A program made the position numbers and the translations under genes. A stretch of DNA of 47,455 nt from Salisapilia sapeloensis CBS 127946. Its lineage: Eukaryota > Protista > Oomycota. The notes under the pieces are model-generated. The model saw only the letters and a list, made by a program, of their open reading frames with translations, ran no database searches and was not told the DNA's origin. The DNA is taken from positions 1 through 47,455 of the forward strand of contig JAADVB010000146.1 of assembly GCA_023334545.1 (NCBI GenBank). The letters are read 5' to 3'. Every line of letters starts with the position of its first letter. Position 1 is the stretch's first letter. Positions 11,979 to 20,960 of this stretch are shown here, piece by piece.

Positions 11979-13004
11979 ATGTCTTTCGACACCAAGGAAA
12001 ATGTTAAAGACGAAAGCAATATGCATCTACGCACTAGACTGGATTCACAGACATTTGGACATCATCGGGACTCCAAGCAAAGTCCGTCTCTCTCTCCTCA
12101 GCCGACAGAGCGAGGATCAGATTTCTTTGCTTCTCCCTCTAGTCTGGACCTTTCAGCAGCTCACTCGACACCGCCACAAGACTCTATGCTGCACTTGCCG
12201 GAAGTCCGTCGTGACTTTATGGGTAACCTCATTACGCTCGAGGATGAGTTGAGGGACGCAGAGATGCTACGAGATGTCTTTGAAGACCAAGCGCCATTGA
12301 TGGGTGCGTCTAGTCCGTCTCTTAGCATGGGTTTCGCAGCATCACAGGCACCGATGCCATCTTTGCAGATACCAGAGTTGGACCCCATCAACATCGCAAC
12401 GGAGCTCACGATGCAGCGAGTGCGAGAGATGTCATGTGGGTACGACTCATCAGATACTCGAAGCTCTATTGATTCCACTTGTTCTGCATACTCGGACCTG
12501 TTGCTCGAACTACCTTCACCTACCTACTACCAACAGCCTAGTCTATCGGACGGAAGTACTTCGTACGCTAGCTACGACAGCAATGAGACCGACTGGGGTC
12601 GCACGTCCGATTCCCAGCTCATGACACCTATGTCCTTCATGTCGCTGCTTGAAAAGCCAAAGCAGAAGAAGGCACCTGCGTCTCGCACCTGCCGGGTCGA
12701 AGGATGTGTGAAAGGCATCCGTTCCCGTGGCCTCTGCAAGGCTCACGGCGGTGGACGTCGGTGTCAGACACCTGGTTGCCGTATCAGCGACCAGGGCGGT
12801 GGACACTGCATTGCGCACGGTGGTGGCAAGCGTTGCTGTGTCGACGGCTGCAAGAAGTCTGCGCAATCCAAGGGCAGGTGCAAGTTCCACGGCGGCACTC
12901 GTCGTTGCCGACTGCCGAGCTGCACGAAAAACGGGCAGATCAAAGGTCTATGTCGCCATCACTACACGGTCCTCTTGTCGAGTGACCGTTCGCTCCTCCA
13001 GTAA
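11979..13004 (+). CDS. Oomycete WRKY19-like putative transcription factor (C-x4-C...C-x2-HGG zinc-binding repeats)
   Basis: Ser/Pro-rich N-terminus, then four repeats: CRVEGC..GLCKAHGGG, CQTPGC..GHCIAHGGG, CCVDGC..GRCKFHGG, CRLPSC..GLCRHH. There is no true WRKYGQK motif. Confidence 0.85.
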   Translation: MSFDTKENVKDESNMHLRTRLDSQTFGHHRDSKQSPSLSPQPTERGSDFFASPSSLDLSAAHSTPPQDSMLHLPEVRRDFMGNLITLEDELRDAEMLRDVFEDQAPLMGASSPSLSMGFAASQAPMPSLQIPELDPINIATELTMQRVREMSCGYDSSDTRSSIDSTCSAYSDLLLELPSPTYYQQPSLSDGSTSYASYDSNETDWGRTSDSQLMTPMSFMSLLEKPKQKKAPASRTCRVEGCVKGIRSRGLCKAHGGGRRCQTPGCRISDQGGGHCIAHGGGKRCCVDGCKKSAQSKGRCKFHGGTRRCRLPSCTKNGQIKGLCRHHYTVLLSSDRSLLQ

Positions 13005-13227
13005 GCTGTGGAGGTTACCATGACTCGGACAGCCCGAGTGCCTTTTTCTATACGAACTTCCCTTCCAACTCGTCGTAATTAAAAATTGAAAATTAATGTA
13101 CACAACTTCAAATGTAATGCAAAGAACTTGTCATTTGGACCCCGATAGCGATACGTCGTGCTTCTTCATCTTTTAGAAACTTGGAATGTAGCTACCTGGC
13201 GTCATCATCTCCGCGGGTTCAGTACAG

Positions 13228-14196
13228 CTAGAGTCGGGACGAAGGGACGGTAGACACCCTCTTGCTTAGCCACGACATGGTGTACCCAATGAGCTTGTCT
13301 CTCCCAGGCTCATTGTACAGACAGTGGTAGTACCCGTCAAAGGTCTTGAACTCGGTATCTGCCGTCGATGGCAGTCTATCGATAAACTCGTTTGCGGCTG
13401 TCATACTGGTAACCTTGTCCTTTGTCCCTTGGATGACGAGCAATGGCGTTCGCTGGAGCATCCCGGTCACATCACTCACTCGATTGTCTTCGGCTAAGTG
13501 CGTCATTCCCTTGAGTATCTCCACTGCCATTCGTGTCGTCAATTTGTCGGACATGACCAGAGGATCACTCCGATAGTCATCGATGAACGCCTGGTCTCGA
13601 CAAAGCTTATCGACGTTGACTCCAGGTACCACTCGCCTGTTCGGAGCAAACCACAGCAGCGGTTGCGTCATCGCCTGTTGGAGTCTCAGCAATGGCGTCT
13701 CCTCCACGGCAATGGCCGGCGACGCCAGCACAATGGCGGAGAATGTGTGTTTCTCCGACAGAACAGTGTGTAGGCTGACAAGTGCTCCGAACGAGATGGC
13801 AGAGAGGACGAGTGGTAGCGTTGGAGATACTTCCATGCGAGGTAAAACATTTTGTTTAGCATAAGTCATAAACTCGTTCGTGTCGTCGACAGCATGGTAG
13901 AAATCTTCCATATGCGCCCGGAGACCGTCCGTTTCGGTGTCGCTGCGACCGTGGGAAATCATATCGTACGCGATCACAGCATACCCCTGGCGACAGTACT
14001 CGGCATATAAATTTACAAATCGTGTCGAATGTTCCCCGATGCCGTGCAAGAAGCAGATCGTACCTCGGATGTCTGCTCCCGATCGCGATTTAAACGCACA
14101 ATAATAGAGCTTTTGTCCCCGTTTATTTTTCATGTAGCCGTCCGTGCCTTCCATGATAGTAGCTAGTCCATACTTTCGAATCGCGTCGTCTGCCAT
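13228..14196 (-). CDS. Alpha/beta hydrolase, monoglyceride lipase/lysophospholipase-like (Hydrolase_4), paralog A, intronless
   Basis: FLHGIGEHS, YDMISHGRS, nucleophile elbow AISFG, QGTKDKV (Asp), YHCLYNEP (His). The start is set at MADDAIRK (14196) by comparison with the paralogs; the longer ORF extension looks non-coding. Confidence 0.88.
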   Translation of the reverse strand: MADDAIRKYGLATIMEGTDGYMKNKRGQKLYYCAFKSRSGADIRGTICFLHGIGEHSTRFVNLYAEYCRQGYAVIAYDMISHGRSDTETDGLRAHMEDFYHAVDDTNEFMTYAKQNVLPRMEVSPTLPLVLSAISFGALVSLHTVLSEKHTFSAIVLASPAIAVEETPLLRLQQAMTQPLLWFAPNRRVVPGVNVDKLCRDQAFIDDYRSDPLVMSDKLTTRMAVEILKGMTHLAEDNRVSDVTGMLQRTPLLVIQGTKDKVTSMTAANEFIDRLPSTADTEFKTFDGYYHCLYNEPGRDKLIGYTMSWLSKRVSTVPSSRL

Positions 14197-14657
14197 ACTT
14201 GTGCGGAGGATCGTATCTACGGGACGGATGATCTGGAAGGGAGGATTGATGATGTAAACGAAGGAGCTGTCCTTGAAGTTATGTCGAAGTAGATGACACC
14301 TGTCCATCATCTGGGGCAATACGTGCACTGGAGAGGAAAGCATTGGCGAGTATTTCATGAACTTGCTATAGACAGAGGATTTGACAATGATACAAGTACA
14401 TATCGACATCTGAAAACTTTAAAGAGTCGTTTTTGAGCAGGACAAGATCGCATGGAAGTTGTGGTGGAAGCCAAGAGTACTGGAGTAATTGAAAAATCGG
14501 TTTTGATTGTCATAAAGAGAGTGTAGAATTTCACAAGTTGTGAAGTCTACTAGTCATATCTACAAGTAGAAACGTTGGTTGGTTTTCATACGCGACTTGG
14601 TTCCATCACTTGCGGAGACGGCTTGAATTCTTGCATTGCCAACAGACAGATTCTGTT

Positions 14658-15782
14658 CTAAGACTCGTTCAACTGTTCAGTCGCAGGCCTGACATTTCCT
14701 GGACCATCGTCTGGCGTGTTGCTCGGCGTATGGGTATGTGGCGCCGGGCCATCGCCCCCAGTCACTGGAGTGTCGGATGGGGACATCTCAGGCGTTTCAC
14801 TCGGTGCCGGTGTATCAGATGTATGTTGAGCTGATCCCTCGTTACCAGACATATCACTGTTCCCATCGGGATTACCGTTGTCACCTCCGCCACCGCCGTT
14901 GTTCTTGCAGCTGCAGTCGGCGCCGATGCAGAAATCAGCAACAGGGTGCCTGTGATCGCTATCGTAGCGTTCTTCTTCATCCTTTCCTGCCAGGACATCT
15001 CCGCCAGTGATACACAGGTTTTTCGCCCTCGCGAGTACGAAGTCGAAAATGGAGTTTGCAGTGGCTTTGTAGTCACCGCCACCAACCAATGTACCATCCC
15101 TGTTGCCAATGGCTTCTAAGGCATCGGTAAGTTGGAAGGGCGAGTCATCTCCAGTGAGCAAAGTGAGCGGCCCACTCTCTGGAGGCGCATTTAGATCTCC
15201 AGTGAACATGGATAAGTCTTCCTCTTTACACTTTTTGAGCATTTGTTGCCGAATCAACTTGGAACTTTGTACTTGGCCAGCGCCTGGGTCGTAGTGCGTG
15301 TTAAAGTAGCAGACCGTGGCGCTTTCATCCTTGGTGCTCTTGAAGCGACCCCAAGTTACCACGCGCTGGTATTGGAGGCCATACGTGTTCTCAGCGGTTT
15401 CACTTGGATGGTCGTAGTCATCGCCGCTGAGATGAAAGTCACCACCGTCAATCAACTCCCACAAAGCCTCCTTGTACATGATATTGGTTCGTTCTGATCC
15501 AGCGCAAGCACCTCCATCTCCCTCCACACATCCACCGATTGAAGCATATCCGTCGGTGGACGCAAGTAGATAGTCGTACTGCTTCTGAGTATTCTCCTGC
15601 AGACCGATGAAATCGGGGGACACTTGGTTCACAAAACCAACCATCAAATCACCACGCCAATGGTCCCATGCGTTATCAACAGCGGTTCGGACATTCAGCG
15701 ACATGGTCGAAAGCTCGACCTTGGCGTCGACGGCGGCCAGCGTCGCCGCGGCTAAAAGTAGGAGAGTGGAAGGCGAGTGCAT
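14658..15782 (-). CDS. Secreted endonuclease/exonuclease/phosphatase (EEP) family protein, paralog 1
   Basis: Signal peptide MHSPSTLLLLAAATLAAVDA-K. EEP motifs SLNVR, IGLQE, NTHYD, TGDLN, FDFVL, SDH. Cys pair CIGADC, then a Gly/Pro/Thr/acidic stalk. An alternative spliced end at 14606 is possible (see findings). Confidence 0.88.
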   Translation of the reverse strand: MHSPSTLLLLAAATLAAVDAKVELSTMSLNVRTAVDNAWDHWRGDLMVGFVNQVSPDFIGLQENTQKQYDYLLASTDGYASIGGCVEGDGGACAGSERTNIMYKEALWELIDGGDFHLSGDDYDHPSETAENTYGLQYQRVVTWGRFKSTKDESATVCYFNTHYDPGAGQVQSSKLIRQQMLKKCKEEDLSMFTGDLNAPPESGPLTLLTGDDSPFQLTDALEAIGNRDGTLVGGGDYKATANSIFDFVLARAKNLCITGGDVLAGKDEEERYDSDHRHPVADFCIGADCSCKNNGGGGGDNGNPDGNSDMSGNEGSAQHTSDTPAPSETPEMSPSDTPVTGGDGPAPHTHTPSNTPDDGPGNVRPATEQLNES

Positions 15783-15805
15783 CTTAGATTTGCGCTCGAT
15801 GGATG

Positions 15806-15819
15806 AAGTTTGGAAATGA
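15806..15819 (-). promoter_or_regulatory. INR-FPR-like core promoter of EEP paralog 1
   Basis: TCATTTCCAAACTT ends about 24 nt upstream of ATG 15782. Paralog 3 has CATTCCGAAACTT at the same spacing. Confidence 0.55.
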
Positions 15820-16303
15820 TCGAGCTCTTGATCAGCATCGAGTCTCACGCATTCAGGTATAAAATTCGCCACGTCAGTAGAGTGACCAATTCTCAACCCG
15901 ATCTAGACTTTTGTGCATTTAATCTCTGTAGTAGGTCCTGGGTTACCATGAGGATCATCAGCGGGAGTTTAACAGGTGGAAGGCTGACGTGGCGAAAGTA
16001 TCTCCAGTCATCAATGGTAGTCTGGTATCCTTTCGTGACTACAAATATTCAGACTTTGACAAGGACACATGTGTAGCACGTTGGATAGAGGAATATTCTA
16101 CTACTCTCTGCAGCTATAATCGAAAGTTGCAGCACAAAAGCTGGTAGAGATAGAAGCATGACTGGGACGCACCAGATTGCTGTGGTAACCTAGCGAGTCT
16201 AGTCAGAGTGAGGCTGTTGGAAAGCTTACTCCCACTCTCGGCGTTCTATAGACACCACAGATCGAGGCTACGCTGTGGAAAGAGTGACCGCGGCCGGACG
16301 TTT

Positions 16304-16328
16304 ACGTGGCGCACGTGGCACACGTGGC
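16304..16328 (+). repeat. Three tandem ACGTGGC (G-box-like) units with 9-nt period
   Basis: ACGTGGC at 16304, 16313 and 16322 (tttACGTGGCgcACGTGGCacACGTGGCaac). Confidence 0.8.
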
Positions 16329-17586
16329 AACTTCATCACAACTTCAATTAGGAAATAATATCAACAGTATAAGTGAACTTTAAATATAAAGCGATACTGA
16401 TTGTATGCGTTCCTAGGGTAACGTTCCTTTGCAAGATCACGCTTAGGAAAGGTTAAAGCGTAGTTTAAAATTGCACGAAAAGACCAGTGCACGATTTCTA
16501 TATAGAGCAATATAGCGGGTAGAAGTCATTCTCTGCTCTTCTAGAAGATATCCACGGCTGGGGCTTCGTGCCCTTAAACCTTCTAGTCACACTGGGGTCA
16601 TACCATCTACTATTAAAAGAATGACATTCCTTGCGGTTGCTGTCTTCTATCGAAAGTCAAGTTGAGAATACATAAAACTCGAAAGGATTTCGAATGGAAA
16701 CTGCGTTCATCACTAGTAGGTGTCTTCGATCAGTACGATGTCAGTATCCTCGAATAGGGATCTACAACTGGATCTAATTTCCATTTATCAAACGTTTTCA
16801 GAACAGTACTTGCCACGAAAATAGAAATGCCGAAGATTCGTATCAGTAGTGCTCTTTGTCGTCTTGAACCCGCTCGACGTGATGAAAGTATAAGATACAG
16901 CAACTTTAACTGCGTGTATACAGATAAGATCGGTGAAGTCGGTACAGGCGTATGTGCATAAATGAATAGTTGATTCTCAGCTTTCATTATATTAAGTCAC
17001 CTCCATAGGTGGGTTGAATTTATATTGAGCATAATCAAGATTCGTGCGTAGAGCTAGGCATAAGTAGAGCCTCATTATAAGCAAGGCTCTTGGAAATGTT
17101 CGCCCATAATTAACAGGATCCCCAATATCCATGAGCATGGAAAATTCTAAGCTTATATCGTAGCCTGGATCTGGTGGAAACGATTTTGAATTCCTAAGCT
17201 TTGGCGGAAATGGTTTTGATGACCTTTTTGCGTCCGATACTTTGAAGATTTTGGAAGCACACTCGCTGACGGAAGCGCTAGTCGCTTAGCTGACTACAAC
17301 ATGCAGCATGAGAGGGATAATCCCTTACACCGGTCTTGTAAAAAGTATTAAATGTAATAAAATAAAGATATATATTTATAAAAACGCTTTATCAAAATTA
17401 AAGCAGGGAGGGTGCAACTTTGGGACGTACTTTGTTGGTAGCCAAAGCAAAAAGTACACGAGTGCGACGAAGCAATCAAAAGGTGAGTCTATTGCAGCAA
17501 AATGATTGCAAATTGGACAAATTTTGCAGTCTACCAGACTTTTCTACTTGTAGCAGCGTTGCTACACCATTATACATTAATCTTTC

Positions 17587-18816
17587 TTACTGCTTGCGGA
17601 GACGGCGCTTGGCGGTACATTTACTACCGGGCATGGGCGTTTCTTCCGAATCGTCACCCAATGATCCGATCGGCTCCGTCGGTGGCGTCACATCCGATGC
17701 ACCGGGTAGTGTATCAGCTGCCGGGTCCTTATCATCATATGCGGCCGAATTTTCGGTGTTAGAGCTGTCCTCTACTTCACTTGATGCCGGCGCCTCAGTT
17801 ATTTCTTGCGTCGAATCCTCCGGACTAGGCTCAGACGCATTGTCATCTGTAGGAAAGTCGGTATCGGATTGCGCAGATGCCGAGCTAGTGGAATCGTCCG
17901 TCGTTGCGTCTTCCTCAAAGTCAGTGCTGTCAGAATAGCCTTGCCCACCACCATTATTTTTGCAGGTGCAGTCGGCGCCAATGCAAAAGTATCCTACTGG
18001 ATGCAAATGGTCACTATCGTGCATGCCATCCACAACGTTGCTCACGACTTGTCCGTCAGTGATACACAGGTCTTTCGCTCTTGCGAAGACATAGTCGAAG
18101 ATTGTCGATGCCGAGCCGTAGAAGACACCATTGCCAATGAACGTACCCTCCGTGTTACCGACAGCCTCCAAGGCATTGGTAAGTGGGAAGGGCGAGTCAT
18201 CCGCTGTGAGCAAACTGATGGGCATGCTGCCTGGGACCGTGTTCAGGTCTCCCGTGAGCATAGCCAAGTCTCCGTCTTGACAGATCTGGGCCATTTGCTG
18301 ACGAATGAGCTTGGAGCTCTTAACCTGACCGAGAGACATGTCGTAGTGCGTGTTAAAGTAGCAGACCGTGGCACTTGGATCCTGAGTACTTTTAAAGCGA
18401 CCCCAAGTTACCAGTCGGTTGAAGGCGAGTCGCCATGAGTTACTGCCAAGTGCTTCTGGGTACTCTGGAGAGCCACTAAGCGCAATGTCGCCATTGTCAA
18501 TCAACTCCCACGAAGCTTTCTTGTACATGATATTCGTCCTCTCATCTTTGTTACAGTCGCTGCTAGCGCATTCTCCGATCGTGTCATAGTCTGTGTTGGA
18601 CATGAGCGCCTCGAACTGTTCCGGAGCTGTCTCCTGCGTGCCGATAAAGTCGGGGGATTCGTCCTTGATGAGCTGCAACATCGAGTCATGTCGTCCGTTC
18701 CATTCACCAGCGTTCGAGGTTCGGACATTCAGCGACATGGTCGATAGCTCGACTTTGGCTTCGACGGCAGCAAGCGTCGCGACGGCAGTAAAGAGGAGAG
18801 CGGTATGCACGTGCAT
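17587..18816 (-). CDS. Secreted EEP family protein, paralog 2
   Basis: Signal peptide MHVHTALLFTAVATLAAVEA-K. SLNVR, IGTQE, NTHYD, TGDLN, FDYVF, SDH. Long D/E/S/T-rich stalk. Ends CTAKRRLRKQ*. Confidence 0.88.
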   Translation of the reverse strand: MHVHTALLFTAVATLAAVEAKVELSTMSLNVRTSNAGEWNGRHDSMLQLIKDESPDFIGTQETAPEQFEALMSNTDYDTIGECASSDCNKDERTNIMYKKASWELIDNGDIALSGSPEYPEALGSNSWRLAFNRLVTWGRFKSTQDPSATVCYFNTHYDMSLGQVKSSKLIRQQMAQICQDGDLAMLTGDLNTVPGSMPISLLTADDSPFPLTNALEAVGNTEGTFIGNGVFYGSASTIFDYVFARAKDLCITDGQVVSNVVDGMHDSDHLHPVGYFCIGADCTCKNNGGGQGYSDSTDFEEDATTDDSTSSASAQSDTDFPTDDNASEPSPEDSTQEITEAPASSEVEDSSNTENSAAYDDKDPAADTLPGASDVTPPTEPIGSLGDDSEETPMPGSKCTAKRRLRKQ

Positions 18817-19452
18817 CTTGTGTCTGGATAAAGTCCGCTTGAGCTTGTCAGCGTAAAAGAAGAAGTGATCTTAAGACGGGTGATTCTTTTAAGTTTGCGG
18901 AAAGGCAAGGCAGCCAGCAGGAGATTGAGATGTCGTTTGTCCAAGATACCGAAACTTAGTCCACCTTATAGTATAGACCGTCGTGGCCTTTCGTCTACAG
19001 GCATGTTCGACGCATGCAGCTGCTTTCCATGATTGACTTCCATGCTGGGCGCCGACGTGACTACCGCGGCAGTTACGCGCACCACGTCCGGATCGAAGGC
19101 AGAAGGAATTGGAACCGGCGAGTGGCAACCACCGGAAGCCATAGCGCTCGATCTCGGAACGAAGTGTACACGTCAGTAGGTAAGCTAAGAATACCTACAT
19201 GTGATCCATTGGAACAGCTTTGTATTGAACATGAAGATGACGCAGCCATCAAGTATCTGGTCGTGGGATAGAAAAGGTAGCACACATCCTAGTCGGATAT
19301 CTGGTCGGTTGCAATGTGTGTGGGATGTAGTCAATAGATGCGAATGGAAGAAGCGTATAAACATCGTCTAGTATATTTATTACGACATGAAGGTACTCGT
19401 GGAAATGTGTATTCTAGCAAACTTAAGAGCTAATCTATTATCTTCCTACTGG

Positions 19453-19944
19453 TTATTCCGTCGATGTAAATGGGTATGCTTTTCGAATACGAATCTCATC
19501 GCGTGGTCGATCCTCTGCGCCAGTCGGTACTAGGCCCATGCGCTGGATCACTTTCATGCCGCTTGAAATGCGACCGAAAATAGTGTGTTTGCCATCCAAC
19601 CACGGTGTCGGCGCTAGTGTCACAAAGAACTGACTGCCGTTCGTGTTCGGACCTGCATTCGCAGACGACACAATCCCGGCGCCTGTGTGTTTAAGCTCTT
19701 TATTAATTTCGTCCTCGAACTTGCCGCCGTAGACGGATTCGCCTCCTCGTCCAGTCCCGGTCGGGTCCCCTCCTTGGATCATAAAGTCTTTGATAATACG
19801 ATGAAAGATAGTATTGTTATAATATCCTCTCTTCGCTAGCTCTGCCATATTATAGCACGTCTTGGGTGCATGCGCATGGTACAATTCGATCGTAAAGGTA
19901 CCAACGGTGGTCTCGAAGACGACGTACTGTGGTGGCGAGGACAT
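19453..19944 (-). CDS. PPIL1: Cyclophilin-type peptidyl-prolyl isomerase, PPIL1-like (spliceosomal)
   Basis: YYNNTIFHRIIKDFMIQGGDPTGTGRGGESVYG, ELKHTGAGIVSSANAGPNTNGSQFFVTLAPTPWLDGKHTIFGR. 163 aa, single exon. Confidence 0.92.
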   Translation of the reverse strand: MSSPPQYVVFETTVGTFTIELYHAHAPKTCYNMAELAKRGYYNNTIFHRIIKDFMIQGGDPTGTGRGGESVYGGKFEDEINKELKHTGAGIVSSANAGPNTNGSQFFVTLAPTPWLDGKHTIFGRISSGMKVIQRMGLVPTGAEDRPRDEIRIRKAYPFTSTE

Positions 19945-20035
19945 GTTTGATTGTAGTCGTTTTACATGGACAACTCGAAAAGCAACATGTGCGTATCAGA
20001 AAAAAGAGCAAAAACACCAATATTCGACTCGTACG

Positions 20036-20851
20036 ATGATGAACGATCCAAGTGGCGGAAGCCCATGGTTCACAGGCTCTGATGGTTATGCCCAGCCGCA
20101 GTATACCAATGCATCCTTCTCTAGTGCCCCAGGGAGCAATAATGGTCGCCAGACGGGTGGAAACCTCAATGCCACGAACGAATATGCGCCTCCCATGGAC
20201 ATGGATGAGGAGGATTATGCGAACGAACCACCGCTACTAGAAGGTAGCTTGCTGTCTATCAGTTTATAGATGCATGGAAGCTAATGGGATGTATAGAGCT
20301 GGGCATTAACTTTGAGCACATCTGGGTGAAGACCCAGTCGGTCCTTTTACCGACGAAACAGATCAATGAGCACATTCTCGACGATGCCGATCTCGCCGGT
20401 CCGCTCGTCTTTTGCTTCATATTTGGCATGTGCCTCCTACTCGTACCTATCCATCTACTAGTCTACCTTTATCACCTCTTATATACCTATGCATTAGGCT
20501 GCTAAAGTTCACTTTGGCTATATCTACGGATTTGGCGTCCTCTCATGCCTCTTCATGTACTTGCTAATGAACCTCTTGTCTCCCGAGAGGTCCATCGACA
20601 TCTACCGCGTGTGTTCCGTCCTTGGCTACTGTCTCCTCCCGATCATTGCTCTCGCAGCCGTGAACATTTTGATTTCGGTGAAAGACTTAGGTCTGATCGG
20701 TTTCGCCGTCGCGAGTCTCTCGATCCTCTGGAGTACACACACTGCTTCGAGGTTTTTCGAAAAAGCTTTGCACATGAGTGAACAGAAGTACTTGGTCATG
20801 TACCCGACAGCGTTAGTCTACAGCTGCTTTGTCCTGATCGCGGTCTTTTAA
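20036..20851 (+). CDS. YIPF5: YIP1-family Golgi/ER membrane protein (YIPF5/7-like; 3 exons: 20036-20243, 20297-20442, 20498-20851)
   Basis: Spliced EPPLLEELGINFEHIW..DLAGPL..KVHFGYIYG..SVLGYCLLP. Five TM segments. Introns of 53 and 55 nt. Confidence 0.88.
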
Positions 20852-20960
20852 TACACCTTTCTTTTTCTTTTTCTTTTGTTTTCTTTTGTATTTCTTTTTT
20901 ACAGTATATACAACTTTTTTATTTTTATACTTATTTCAAAAACTTTATTGATTCATTGAC

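Noticed and set aside
14197-14409. 71-aa N-terminal extension of lipase A given in the ORF track (also extensions of EEP1, eIF4G and CCA)
   Set aside because: Paralog alignment, signal-peptide position and INR-like motifs point to downstream Met starts. The extensions read like UTR or promoter sequence.
17131-17290. Coding-like fragment PGSGGNDFEFLSFGGNGFDDLF with a degenerate 30-nt duplication
   Set aside because: Interrupted by stops, under 60 aa and with no recognisable family. Too weak to call a pseudogene.
20852-20960. T-rich tract between converging YIP1 and VPS9-RCC1 genes
   Set aside because: Ordinary low-complexity 3' UTR or polyadenylation region; no defined repeat unit.
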